Below are positions 34,453 to 44,274 of a stretch of 63,788 bases of DNA, one piece after another. The stretch's first letter is position 1; each line of letters opens with the position of its first letter. A program made the position numbers and the translations under genes. The stretch spans positions 1 to 63,788 of IMG/VR virus record IMGVR_UViG_3300005613_000061; one strand, given 5' to 3'. This stretch comes from a virus. Its lineage: Duplodnaviria; Caudoviricetes. Below the pieces are notes generated by a model. It was not told where the DNA came from and ran no database searches. It was given only the letters and a program-made list of their open reading frames with translations.

Positions 34453-36060
34453 ATGTATCCAGTAGAGTTTAGATTTTTAACTCAAAATATTACAGTAAAG
34501 CAAGCAAAGAAGAAAGAAAAGGGATTTTATGTTAGCGGGTACGCATCAGTACATAGCATAGTTGATAGGCAGGAGGAGATAGTTACAAAAGAGGCACTAG
34601 AGAAGGCCGTAGATGGTTTGTTAAAAGACGGCAGTACCTTATTTTTTAATCACAATTATGACCAGCCAATAGGAAAAATAGAAAAAGCAACAGTAGATAA
34701 AAAGGGTTTATTTATTGAGTCATATATTTCAAAAACTCGCCCAGATATTTCAGGCTTAATTGAAGAAGGTATTTTAAATAAATTTTCTATCGGCGGAAAA
34801 GTTATTGCAGCAGAGACCGTACGAAATCGACAAACAGGCGCCGAAATTATAAAAATTTTAGAGATGGAATTATACGAAGTTTCGTTAGTAGGCGTACCTG
34901 CAAATGCAAAGGCGCAGGTCGTAGATTATGTTCTTAAAAGTGCAGTACAGAAAGCTACTATTAGCGATAAAGAACATTTAAACTCACAGGAGGCAAGTGA
35001 AATGAAAGGTAAAGAAAAATCAATACGTGACGGCATTGATAAGGTTATCGAAGAACAGGTGAAAGATGAAGTTGCAGCAGAAGAAGCAGCCGCAGTTGAG
35101 GAAGAAATTAAAGAAGAGGAAACGGTAAAAGAAGAAGTCAAAGAAGAGAAGAAAGAGGAGGAAGTCAAGGAAGAAGAAGTCAAAGAAGAAGTTAAGGACG
35201 AAGTTAAGGACGAAGAGGTTAAAGAAGAAAAAGAAGAGGAAGTCAAGGAAGAAGTTGTAGAGGAAAAAGAAAAAGAGGAAGAAGAAGTTAAGGACGAGAA
35301 ACAAGAAGAAGACGTAGAAGATGTGGTAGAAAAAGTCAGTGAAGAGGAAGTAGACATGGCTAAAGCAATGAATGACAAACTTAACGACATTCATAAAGCC
35401 GTTCTAGGCAACAACCAGCCACGTTTTACTTTACTTGATAAAGATGTTACAGAGGTTATAAAAGATTTTGATAAATTAACTATAGGTGACGAAATAGTTT
35501 TAAAGGTATATTGTATTGTTGCTGAAAAAGCAGAAGCCGAAAATGCCAACGAAGAAAATACCTATAAGTTTTTAACGTTACGTACAGTAGAGGCCGAAAA
35601 AGTTGGTGAAACAAAGAAGAAAGATGAAGACTCAGAAACTACGAAGCACGACGAAGAAAAGGCTGAAGAGACGAAAAAAGCACGTGGCGAAGGACAAGGT
35701 AACGGCGGAGAGCCGCAAGGAGATGGCGGAGCAGATATTTGCGAATGTCCTGAATGTGGTACCACTATTCCACATGAAAAAGGAGTCCCTTGTAGTGATG
35801 TAAAGTGTCCAGAATGCGGAACAGTGATGCAAGGAAAAAATAAGAGCACCAAAGCTATTACAAAAGAAGATAAAGGAAAGAGAAAAGGGATAAATACGGA
35901 TAACTTAAACGAAAATGAGAAAACACTATCAAAGAAGCTAAACGGCAAAACAGTTGAAGAGGTTATGAACGATTCAACATTATACGATAGTTTAGACGAA
36001 GAGACACAAAAAGAAGTTATGTATTTGTATAAAAGTAATTTTTTTACTAATAGAAAATAA
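34453..36060 (+). CDS. HK97-family prohead protease fused to an acidic scaffold with a zinc ribbon
   Basis: GYASV, FFNHNYDQPIGK, FSIGG, EVSLVGVPAN; E/K-rich tract; CECPECG...CSDVKCPECG. Confidence 0.9.
   Translation: MYPVEFRFLTQNITVKQAKKKEKGFYVSGYASVHSIVDRQEEIVTKEALEKAVDGLLKDGSTLFFNHNYDQPIGKIEKATVDKKGLFIESYISKTRPDISGLIEEGILNKFSIGGKVIAAETVRNRQTGAEIIKILEMELYEVSLVGVPANAKAQVVDYVLKSAVQKATISDKEHLNSQEASEMKGKEKSIRDGIDKVIEEQVKDEVAAEEAAAVEEEIKEEETVKEEVKEEKKEEEVKEEEVKEEVKDEVKDEEVKEEKEEEVKEEVVEEKEKEEEEVKDEKQEEDVEDVVEKVSEEEVDMAKAMNDKLNDIHKAVLGNNQPRFTLLDKDVTEVIKDFDKLTIGDEIVLKVYCIVAEKAEAENANEENTYKFLTLRTVEAEKVGETKKKDEDSETTKHDEEKAEETKKARGEGQGNGGEPQGDGGADICECPECGTTIPHEKGVPCSDVKCPECGTVMQGKNKSTKAITKEDKGKRKGINTDNLNENEKTLSKKLNGKTVEEVMNDSTLYDSLDEETQKEVMYLYKSNFFTNRK
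35090..35350 (+). repeat. low-complexity EEVKEE coding repeats in the scaffold
   Basis: GAAGAAGT(C/T)AAGGA-type iterations; approximate bounds. Confidence 0.75.
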
Positions 36061-36091
36061 TAACGAAAATTTATGAAAGGAATGAGAAGCT

Positions 36092-37063
36092 ATGGAAAAA
36101 ATGGAAAAAGCAAAACGTGATTTTCTAAAATCTGTGTTGGTACCGGATAATACCGTATCTCCAGCATCAGCGTATTTGCCAAAGCCTATTGCAGACGAAA
36201 TGATTAAAGTTATCGAAGAGACGAACTGGATGCGTAAGATTTTTCGGGGCATTTTTGTACCGGGTCGTACCTTTACCGTTCCTACGGTTAACTATGATTA
36301 TGATAACGTTAAGCAAGCAGCTATTGGCGCAGCTCCAGGTGGTCTTTCTAATACTGCTCCGTCAGTTGGAAGTATTGTGTTAGAACCAGGCAAACTTGCT
36401 GCAAAAGGCGCTTTACAGGTTGATGACATTGATGATTCAAGTATTGATGTTGTTGATATGTTGCTTGAGAACTTTGCAATAGCATTTGCTAGAGCAGAGG
36501 AACGTGCTATGGTTCTTGGTACTGAACGTGACAGAACGTCAACTGATATTTTGAAAGTATTTCTAGGTCTTTATGAAATAGCAGCTAATCATTCAACTAC
36601 TACGGCAGTAACATATGACCCTAGTACCGCCTATGCGGTTGTTGATGCAGTTAGTGAAGCTATTAAAGAACTTGGAGTGTATGGACGAAATAAAAAAGAT
36701 TTAGTTCTTTTAGTCAGTTCTACGATGGCAGATTATATGCGTAAAGATAAATCTTTACGTTATGATATGACCGGTCACAAAAATGTTATGGACCAAGGGG
36801 ACCTTCCTAAAGTTTTTGGTGTTGATGTACTTGAAACTACTTATCTTGATGGTAAGGGTGAAGGCACAAACAAAGCCTGCGGAATTTTAGTTCCTAAATC
36901 TGAAGCAGTGATTGGTGACCGTCGTAAGTTCAAGGTAGTTCCTGAGAACGACCCTGAAAATGACGCTGTAAATTATTATGCTTATGAATCTATCGACTTT
37001 CAGTTGTTACATCGTACTGGAACCGATTATGACGCAATTGTCCTCATAGACCAAGTGAGTTGA
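36092..37063 (+). CDS. major capsid protein (HK97 fold)
   Basis: follows protease; YLPKPIADEMI, DDIDDSSIDV...AFARAEERAMVLG, PKVFGVDV; highly-expressed codon bias. Confidence 0.9.
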   Translation: MEKMEKAKRDFLKSVLVPDNTVSPASAYLPKPIADEMIKVIEETNWMRKIFRGIFVPGRTFTVPTVNYDYDNVKQAAIGAAPGGLSNTAPSVGSIVLEPGKLAAKGALQVDDIDDSSIDVVDMLLENFAIAFARAEERAMVLGTERDRTSTDILKVFLGLYEIAANHSTTTAVTYDPSTAYAVVDAVSEAIKELGVYGRNKKDLVLLVSSTMADYMRKDKSLRYDMTGHKNVMDQGDLPKVFGVDVLETTYLDGKGEGTNKACGILVPKSEAVIGDRRKFKVVPENDPENDAVNYYAYESIDFQLLHRTGTDYDAIVLIDQVS

Positions 37064-37113
37064 TAAAGTTCTTTATTAAGTTACTTAATAAGTTGACAAG
37101 TTAGTATGAAATA

Positions 37114-37146
37114 AAGCGGGGTACTTTAAACCTACCCCGCTTCTTA
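37114..37146 (+). terminator. intrinsic terminator after the capsid gene
   Basis: AAGCGGGGTA(37114-37123)/TACCCCGCTT(37133-37142) then CTTAT. Confidence 0.7.
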
Positions 37147-37162
37147 TAAGGAGTTATTTACT

Positions 37163-37732
37163 ATGTTTAGTAAAGTTTGTTTAATATGTGGAAATCCACA
37201 TAATAATAAAAAATACTGTTCAAGGGCATGTACAAATACAGCCACCAAAAAAGGAACAGTACTTACCGAAAACCACCGCACCAAAATAGCTAAATCTATG
37301 CAAGGGAAAAATAAGAGTAAAGAAAATCCCTTTTATAGTAAATGTCACTCTAAAAAAACTCGTAAGTATATAGGTGACTGCCAGCGTGGAGAAAAACATC
37401 ATTACTATACCGAAAAAAATACTTTATTTAAAGCAAACGGCTATATTAAAATTAATATAAGAGAGGAACATCCGTTTTTAAGAAAGGGTATAATGTCATA
37501 TCATAGATTCGTTATGGCAAATCGTTTAGGACGTAAATTACTCAAGACGGAGGTTGTACATCACAAAGACTGTAACCCTTTAAATAACGATATTAAAAAT
37601 CTAATGTTATTTAAAAATAAATCTGAACATAATAAATATCATGCAAAATTTAATAGAATTGCTGCCAAACTGTTAGGAAATAAGACAGCCAAAGAACTTA
37701 TACAGACATATCATATATTAGAGAAGGAATAG
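37163..37732 (+). CDS. free-standing HNH homing endonuclease with NUMOD3-like motifs
   Basis: CLIC...YCSRAC, NPFYSKCHSKKTR, YHRFVM...VVHHKDCNPLNN...NL...EHNKYH. Confidence 0.85.
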   Translation: MFSKVCLICGNPHNNKKYCSRACTNTATKKGTVLTENHRTKIAKSMQGKNKSKENPFYSKCHSKKTRKYIGDCQRGEKHHYYTEKNTLFKANGYIKINIREEHPFLRKGIMSYHRFVMANRLGRKLLKTEVVHHKDCNPLNNDIKNLMLFKNKSEHNKYHAKFNRIAAKLLGNKTAKELIQTYHILEKE

Positions 37733-37734
37733 AA

Positions 37735-40104
37735 ATGATAAGATTGTCAACAGAATTAGACATATATTATAAGAGTAAAGACAAAAACAAGTTTGTACGA
37801 CAAGTTTCATCTACAGTAATAACCCCATTTAAAGCATTCCCTCTATTGTTGATATTTGCAAGTCACATATTTAATCCAGAATATAATGAGAAACTTATTA
37901 TAGAAGCCATAAAAAAGAATTTTATTATTATATACTTCTGCGACAAAATACCAGATGATGCAATTATCCATGAAAGTATCATTTATATAAAAGCCAAGTG
38001 GAGATACTTTGATACTAGTATTTTTAAAGACATAAATCAATTTTCCGCCGTACATGGTGTAAATAAAAAGGGAGAAAAATTAGCTCTACAATATGCTAGA
38101 GTATTTAGTAAGAAATATATACGTAACTCCAATGAACTCTCGGAGATTGTAAAACATCATCAAGATATACAAGAAAATGTTACTATATTGTTTGATACTA
38201 TTTTTGAATGTGGCGACAGAGGTCTGGGAGATATTTTATTAACCACGCCTATAGTAACGGAATTAAAGAAAAAATTTAACGCCAGTATAACTTACGCATG
38301 TAGACCAAAGGCAGCCGAACTTCTACAGAATAACCCGGACATTGATAAAGTTATAACTAAATACAGCGACCTAGAGAAGTTACAATTTACATATCATTTA
38401 CCGCTCATTAGACATACTGAAAATTATAAAGTATCTCGTAATAGACAATGCCGAACAGATAGCTTAGCCGACCTATTTATGGTTACGCTACCAAAAGATA
38501 ATGTGCTACCAAAAATTTATCTCACACCAAAAGAAATACAAAATGCCAATCGGTTAGTAAATAAAGTACATAAGATTAAATTAGGTATAAATATAGAGGC
38601 AACATCATCCGCAAGACGTTGGACATACGGATATTTATTAGAGTTATTCAAATTATTAGGAGAAGAAGATTCCAAATATGAATTTTATTTATTTGGGTCC
38701 GGCGACAGAATGAAAATAACGGGTATTCCAAAATATATACATAACTTTATCGGGAAATTAACTTTAAGAGACTCCATAGCAGTAATGAGCAAAATGGACA
38801 TGGCATTAACTACTGATTCATTATACAGTCATGTAGCTGGAGCATTTAAAATACCGCAAGTTTGCATCTATACTACAATACCGGCAGAATGGCGAAATAA
38901 GTATTATAAAAGTATAGGGGTACAAGGGACGACGAAATGTAGCCCATGTTGCGACTTTCAATTTCTAACTAAGGAGGACTATGATAAGTGTGATAGATTT
39001 GGAGTGCCGCCTTGTGTCAAGAGCATAACGCCCGATACGATAATGAAAAATTTAGAGATATGTAAACGCCGATATAATGTAGATACTTATTCCACAAAAG
39101 AGACTATACTTATTAATAGAAGTAGTGGGCTCGGAGATATATTAATGTTAACATCAGTATTGCATGACCTACGTCTAAAAGAGAAGGACGCCTTTATAAC
39201 ATTAAGAACAAATTGTCCAGACCTATTTATAGGGAACTCTGACGTGGACGAAATACTTACCGGCACATATATACCCGATAAGGATTTACAAACTAGATTT
39301 TATGATTATGACCGAATATACAATTTTGATTACTGTTTAGAGAGTTATGGAGTAGCTGGAAAACTTGGCAAAATAAGTGATAAGGATTATATGACTGTTT
39401 CACGTATAGATTTATTATATAACTGGGCCAAGATGAAATGTCCGAAAAATCCGAAATTGTATTATTTCGTTACTGAGTCTGAGAAAAGGCGAGTTGAGAA
39501 AATGCTAAAAACTTTATGGGGAAAGAAAACAGTAACATACGTATTAAACTGTACTTCACCATATAGAACCTATCCGATAAAAGAAAGTTTAAAAGTTATA
39601 GAGGAACTCTCCAAAACTCATAATGTGTTCATCATAGGAAATAGCATTACAATGTGGGGAGAGGACCATGAATTTAATAAAGTATACTATGAAGTTCTTA
39701 ACAGATTAAATGGGAGATATGTCGTAGACTTAGTAGATAAAACGGAGTTACGTCTAGCCTGCGCAATTATAGAGCATAGTGATTTAGTAATTACTCCTGA
39801 CACAGGCATGCTTCATGTAGCCAATGCGGTAGATACGACATGTTTGGCACTATTCGGCAATATTGACCCGTATCTACGAGTTAAGTATTATAAAAATACT
39901 TCAACTATCTATAAGAATATCTCATGTGCAGAAGGGTGCGGTGACAGAGGAAATTTTATGAGAAGTGGAAAAATAATCTGTCCCGACTTTTATAGAGTAA
40001 AGGAGCCTGAAAAGAGAATTGGAGCAATATGTATGAGAGCCATAACTTCAGAAGAGATTATACAGAAATCAAAAGAATTACTACAGAATGGAGGTACACT
40101 ATGA
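37735..40104 (+). CDS. tandem double glycosyltransferase family 9 (heptosyltransferase-like)
   Basis: two modules: RGLGDILLTTP...TTDSLYSHVAGA and SGLGDILMLTSV...TPDTGMLHVANA, each with a Cys-rich tail. Confidence 0.88.
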   Translation: MIRLSTELDIYYKSKDKNKFVRQVSSTVITPFKAFPLLLIFASHIFNPEYNEKLIIEAIKKNFIIIYFCDKIPDDAIIHESIIYIKAKWRYFDTSIFKDINQFSAVHGVNKKGEKLALQYARVFSKKYIRNSNELSEIVKHHQDIQENVTILFDTIFECGDRGLGDILLTTPIVTELKKKFNASITYACRPKAAELLQNNPDIDKVITKYSDLEKLQFTYHLPLIRHTENYKVSRNRQCRTDSLADLFMVTLPKDNVLPKIYLTPKEIQNANRLVNKVHKIKLGINIEATSSARRWTYGYLLELFKLLGEEDSKYEFYLFGSGDRMKITGIPKYIHNFIGKLTLRDSIAVMSKMDMALTTDSLYSHVAGAFKIPQVCIYTTIPAEWRNKYYKSIGVQGTTKCSPCCDFQFLTKEDYDKCDRFGVPPCVKSITPDTIMKNLEICKRRYNVDTYSTKETILINRSSGLGDILMLTSVLHDLRLKEKDAFITLRTNCPDLFIGNSDVDEILTGTYIPDKDLQTRFYDYDRIYNFDYCLESYGVAGKLGKISDKDYMTVSRIDLLYNWAKMKCPKNPKLYYFVTESEKRRVEKMLKTLWGKKTVTYVLNCTSPYRTYPIKESLKVIEELSKTHNVFIIGNSITMWGEDHEFNKVYYEVLNRLNGRYVVDLVDKTELRLACAIIEHSDLVITPDTGMLHVANAVDTTCLALFGNIDPYLRVKYYKNTSTIYKNISCAEGCGDRGNFMRSGKIICPDFYRVKEPEKRIGAICMRAITSEEIIQKSKELLQNGGTL

Positions 40105-41105
40105 AAAACGTATTGTACTTATCAGCGTGGCACAGAGAACGTTATAATATAGGCGATAACGTTTATTTACAAGGAAGTATATCTTTACTTACTGAAGCCA
40201 TAGGAGAACATTTTATTTTGGAATGCAATCTTGAACAATTTGTTGAAGACATAAACAACGTAGAAAAAATATTAGGCTTAGATTTAGATTTAATAGTAAC
40301 TACAGGAGCCCCATATCTATATTCTAATTTTCAAGTAGCCTGGCAGTATGAATTTTTAAAAAGACTTAATGTAGGCTATCCAGATGTGCCTAAAATAGCT
40401 CTAGGTTTAGGAGGATGTTCGGGACTATCAAATAACTATTTTAATAATCGTATAGCATTAGACGCCGCAAAAGAGATTTTTGGACAATTTGATTTAATAG
40501 TAGCCAGAGAGCCGTTAACGGCACAGTTTTTAGAACTTGCAGGAGTCTCGTGCAAAATATTACTAGATAGCGCAGTATTTTTTCCTATACAAGATTACAT
40601 TAAAGAACTGGATTTAAAGAATACTCAAGAAAAACCGGTATTTTGTTATTTTGACTATAGAGCAGGAATTTCAAGAGGAGATATTACAGAATTTGAAGCA
40701 CAACAAATAGATAATATGTATAAAGAGATTTATGAAAAGTATAATCCAATAACATATTGCGTTAATGAAGCCGAAGTAGAACCAGCCAAAAAATTAGGAA
40801 TTGAAGCCAAATGGTTGTGGCACTTTGAAGATATTTTACCGTTATTAGCACAGGCAACGTTTTTAATTTCAGCACGAGTACATCAAGCCACATTGGCGAA
40901 ATTATTAGATAAAAATAGCTATGTAATACCGTTTGATATAAGATACTTATGTAGTACGGCTATAGGCGTTCAGCCAGTGTTTCCATATCAACAGTTGGAA
41001 TTTAAAGCAGGCATATGTAATATATTTTATAAAGATTTAATTAATAAAACTAGAGTTATTATAATAAACGAGATAAGAAAGGTAATGACTAATGGAACAT
41101 GTTAG
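40101..41105 (+). CDS. polysaccharide pyruvyl transferase-like protein
   Basis: NIGDNVY, IVAREPLT, DSA, ISARVHQ; GGAGGT RBS before ATG 40101. Confidence 0.75.
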   Translation: MKNVLYLSAWHRERYNIGDNVYLQGSISLLTEAIGEHFILECNLEQFVEDINNVEKILGLDLDLIVTTGAPYLYSNFQVAWQYEFLKRLNVGYPDVPKIALGLGGCSGLSNNYFNNRIALDAAKEIFGQFDLIVAREPLTAQFLELAGVSCKILLDSAVFFPIQDYIKELDLKNTQEKPVFCYFDYRAGISRGDITEFEAQQIDNMYKEIYEKYNPITYCVNEAEVEPAKKLGIEAKWLWHFEDILPLLAQATFLISARVHQATLAKLLDKNSYVIPFDIRYLCSTAIGVQPVFPYQQLEFKAGICNIFYKDLINKTRVIIINEIRKVMTNGTC

Positions 41106-41628
41106 AATTGTAAAAATAAGTACTCTTTCGGAGACCACACGTATAAAAAAAGAGGCGTTAAAGTTTATTGATGAGAGTATGAACGGATTAGATATAGGGA
41201 CGCAAGGTATGCCTATCTTTGATAGTACAATCTCCATGGATTTACGTAACAGTAAAAAGGGCGTAGTCAACTTAAGAGGTGATGCTAGAAATCTTAAATG
41301 GTTTAACGACGGCGTATTTGATTATGTTTTTAGTAGTCACTGTTTTGAGGATATGAGACCAGAAGAAAAACCGGCAGTACTGAAAGAATGGGCACGAGTC
41401 GTACAAAAGGGAGGATATGTTTTATTGTATCTTCCCGATGAACAAGCGTATAGAGCATATTGTAAAAAAGCAGGAACATTAAATAATGCTGCACACACGG
41501 ATAAAAATTTCAGTATAAATACAGTAAGAGACATTGTTAAAGAACATTGTTTTAATATATTAGAGGAAATTTACGCTATAGAAAAACATGAGCCATATGG
41601 ATTTTTTCTAGTATATAGAAAGATATAA
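41092..41628 (+). CDS. class I SAM-dependent methyltransferase (type 11-like)
   Basis: GLDIGTQG, GDARNL, FDYVFSSHCFED, EWARVVQKGG. Confidence 0.85.
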   Translation: MEHVRIVKISTLSETTRIKKEALKFIDESMNGLDIGTQGMPIFDSTISMDLRNSKKGVVNLRGDARNLKWFNDGVFDYVFSSHCFEDMRPEEKPAVLKEWARVVQKGGYVLLYLPDEQAYRAYCKKAGTLNNAAHTDKNFSINTVRDIVKEHCFNILEEIYAIEKHEPYGFFLVYRKI

Positions 41629-41630
41629 TT

Positions 41631-42440
41631 ATGAATTTTGAGCATTTAATAATAGGGGGATGTTATAGAAGTGGCACCTCAATAGTTACAGTAATGTTGG
41701 CAAAACATTCTCAAGTATTACTTACAAATGAACTATGGAACTATAGGTCACTTGATGTAGTAAACACAAAGTTACAGAATTTGAGTAATAAGTATCCGTA
41801 TATAGGAGACAACACATCCACTATAGCACGAGATACCTTGGGCGACAACTTTAGAGGTTTCTTAGATTCTTTTGACAGAGATAAAATAACTAGTATATAT
41901 GATTTGTATTCTAGATTAATAAAGTTTTCCAATAAGTATCCAAGATATTGCGGAGACAAGGTACCAGAATATATACTGGATATAGAGAATATTACTAAAA
42001 TATATAGTAATTCTAGACTAATTGTATGTATACGAGACGGAAGAGACGTTATAGAATCACAGATAAAAAGATATAAGTATTTTATGGACATAAACGGTAC
42101 TGTGAGAAATCATTGGTGGACAAAGAGAACGATAGAAGATTGCATAAATGATACGGGAAGAAATTGGTTACACTATATGAATGTATGGGACATCACCAAA
42201 AAGAATTTAAAAGTACCGTATTATGAACTATTTTATAAAAATCTAATTCTTAATCCAGAAGACGAGGCAGAAAGATTGTCAAAGTTTTTAAATATAGAAG
42301 AGTTAGAGCTATTTAAGATTTTTAAATCTAATATAAATAGTGATACATATAACTCATGGAAATATACAATACCGAATATTAATAGTAAACTGCCTAGCGC
42401 ATGGAAGCAGATGCTAAAAAAATACGGATTCGAGGTTTAG
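41631..42440 (+). CDS. sulfotransferase
   Basis: 5'-PSB GGCYRSGTS, GDKVP, 3'-PB IRDGRDVIES. Confidence 0.85.
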   Translation: MNFEHLIIGGCYRSGTSIVTVMLAKHSQVLLTNELWNYRSLDVVNTKLQNLSNKYPYIGDNTSTIARDTLGDNFRGFLDSFDRDKITSIYDLYSRLIKFSNKYPRYCGDKVPEYILDIENITKIYSNSRLIVCIRDGRDVIESQIKRYKYFMDINGTVRNHWWTKRTIEDCINDTGRNWLHYMNVWDITKKNLKVPYYELFYKNLILNPEDEAERLSKFLNIEELELFKIFKSNINSDTYNSWKYTIPNINSKLPSAWKQMLKKYGFEV

Positions 42441-42441
42441 A

Positions 42442-43038
42442 ATGAGAGATTACAGTCAATACGGAGAATATAAAATAATTAGAGAGTTTTTTGAAAATAA
42501 TGTGCCAGAACATAAAATAGTTATAGATGTAGGCGCCTGCGGACAAGAACTATCTAATAGTTATAATTTGATAAAAGATGATAATTGGAGAGGCATATTA
42601 TTAGAGCCAGAGCCAGAGAACTATGCAAAGTTATTAGCGTTATATTCAGATATTGACAAAGCTACGATATTGAATAGAGCAATCTCAAACTATTCAGGCA
42701 AAGGGAAAATTTACATACATGATAAACGAGGGCATCACTCTTTAAGTAGAAAGACCGGCAGATATACGGAAATAACTGTTTGTAGATTAGCTTGCTTATT
42801 GAAGAGACACAACGTACCACATAATTTCGGTCTTTTGACCGTAGATGCGGAGGGAGAAGATGAGAAAATAATTACAGACCTATTAGAGACCAGTTGTTAT
42901 AGACCCACGGCTATAATACATGAGAAATTACATGGGAAGCCGATTATACAGAACATATTTAAGAAACACAATTACAGAGTATACGCCGAAACAAGAGGTA
43001 ATATCATTTATACAATAGAAAATAAACTAGTAAAATAG
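42442..43038 (+). CDS. FkbM-family methyltransferase
   Basis: YSQYGE, IDVGACG...SNS, GILLEP, LLTVDAEGED. Confidence 0.85.
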   Translation: MRDYSQYGEYKIIREFFENNVPEHKIVIDVGACGQELSNSYNLIKDDNWRGILLEPEPENYAKLLALYSDIDKATILNRAISNYSGKGKIYIHDKRGHHSLSRKTGRYTEITVCRLACLLKRHNVPHNFGLLTVDAEGEDEKIITDLLETSCYRPTAIIHEKLHGKPIIQNIFKKHNYRVYAETRGNIIYTIENKLVK

Positions 43039-43091
43039 TATTAAAACTACTATAATAAAATAGTATCTTTATAATAAGGTAATGTATATCT

Positions 43092-43667
43092 ATGAACATA
43101 TTACTATTAGTAAGTAAACAGGATGCAAAAAGTAAGTTATTTAATAAGAGTTTACTTGAATTTACATTGAGTAGACTGGAGCCTAAACATAGAGTCTTTG
43201 TATATAGTTTAGACTCTACTATAGAACAAAGAGTAGGTTCTAGATTTTTTTCGGCAAAGAATAATATGGATGCCTTAAGGAAATTTGCCGATAAACAAGA
43301 TGTTTTTATGGTTATTTCACGATTAGCCATATGTGACATAAATTTTGATAATTTAATTAATTATCATAATAACCATGATAAATCAGTAACGTTAGTATGT
43401 AAGAATTTCGTCAAAGATAAATCCATACCTATTTATCAGTTAGACGATACGAAGTCTGTTACGGCGGTTACTCGTCGAAGGTTCGCTGATTGCGGAATTT
43501 ATCTCTTTAAAAATAAAGTGAATCTTAATAGTTATAAAAATATATATACTATAATTACAGATGCTATAAAGAATAAAATATTAAAGGGGTTTGTTCACAA
43601 GGGGTACTGGTGGACGGCAGCAAATATAAGGAGAAGAGATAATGGCAACACTTTTAACACGGGCTGA
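43092..43667 (+). CDS. sugar-phosphate nucleotidyltransferase-like protein, degenerate
   Basis: DINFDNLINYHNNH, DCGIYLF, GFVHKGYW; lacks the GxGTR signature. Confidence 0.6.
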   Translation: MNILLLVSKQDAKSKLFNKSLLEFTLSRLEPKHRVFVYSLDSTIEQRVGSRFFSAKNNMDALRKFADKQDVFMVISRLAICDINFDNLINYHNNHDKSVTLVCKNFVKDKSIPIYQLDDTKSVTAVTRRRFADCGIYLFKNKVNLNSYKNIYTIITDAIKNKILKGFVHKGYWWTAANIRRRDNGNTFNTG

Positions 43668-44271
43668 AATAGCTAGAATCTTAGGAATAGACGACGAAGC
43701 AGATATACCACGAGATATAGTAGACTGGGCAGTATTGCAGGTTGAGAAGTCTTTACATAAGAATTATGAAGAAGTTGACACGACAGAGGAATTTTTCTTT
43801 ACTAGAGCAGAAGATGTACAAACGGCGTTATATTTAAAGAAGACTAATGTGACCGTTTCCAAAGTAGAACGTAGAGACCTCGAAGCAGACGAATGGACGG
43901 AAGTAGACTCAACCTATTACTATACCGATTCAGAAGCAGGCGTAGTGTTATTTACGACTTCAGCATATTTACATACTAGGTACCGAGTTACGTATAGTTA
44001 TGGCGGGGACGAAGCCACCAATCTAGAAAAGAAATTACATTTTTTATTCGTATTAGATTACTTACAGAAGTATAAATCAGATGTATTAAGCGAGGGTGCC
44101 AGTGTTAGCAGCGACATTAAAAAGGAAGTAATAGGAGATTATAGTATTGAGTATGCCGTATCTAGTTCTTCTTCATCTTCGGCACAGACAAAAGTAGAAA
44201 GAGATATAGAAGATTTAATGACGTTACTTGGAGGCAACTTTGGAGATTACGAAAATACGGAGATACTTTAA
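43642..44271 (+). CDS. head-tail adaptor
   Basis: position; YRVTYSYG, KKEVIGDYSIEY. Confidence 0.7.
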   Translation: MATLLTRAEIARILGIDDEADIPRDIVDWAVLQVEKSLHKNYEEVDTTEEFFFTRAEDVQTALYLKKTNVTVSKVERRDLEADEWTEVDSTYYYTDSEAGVVLFTTSAYLHTRYRVTYSYGGDEATNLEKKLHFLFVLDYLQKYKSDVLSEGASVSSDIKKEVIGDYSIEYAVSSSSSSSAQTKVERDIEDLMTLLGGNFGDYENTEIL

Positions 44272-44274
44272 ACT

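Noticed and set aside
34926-35948. Ser/Phe-rich minus-strand ORFs
   Set aside because: Mirror of the GAA/AAA-rich scaffold tract
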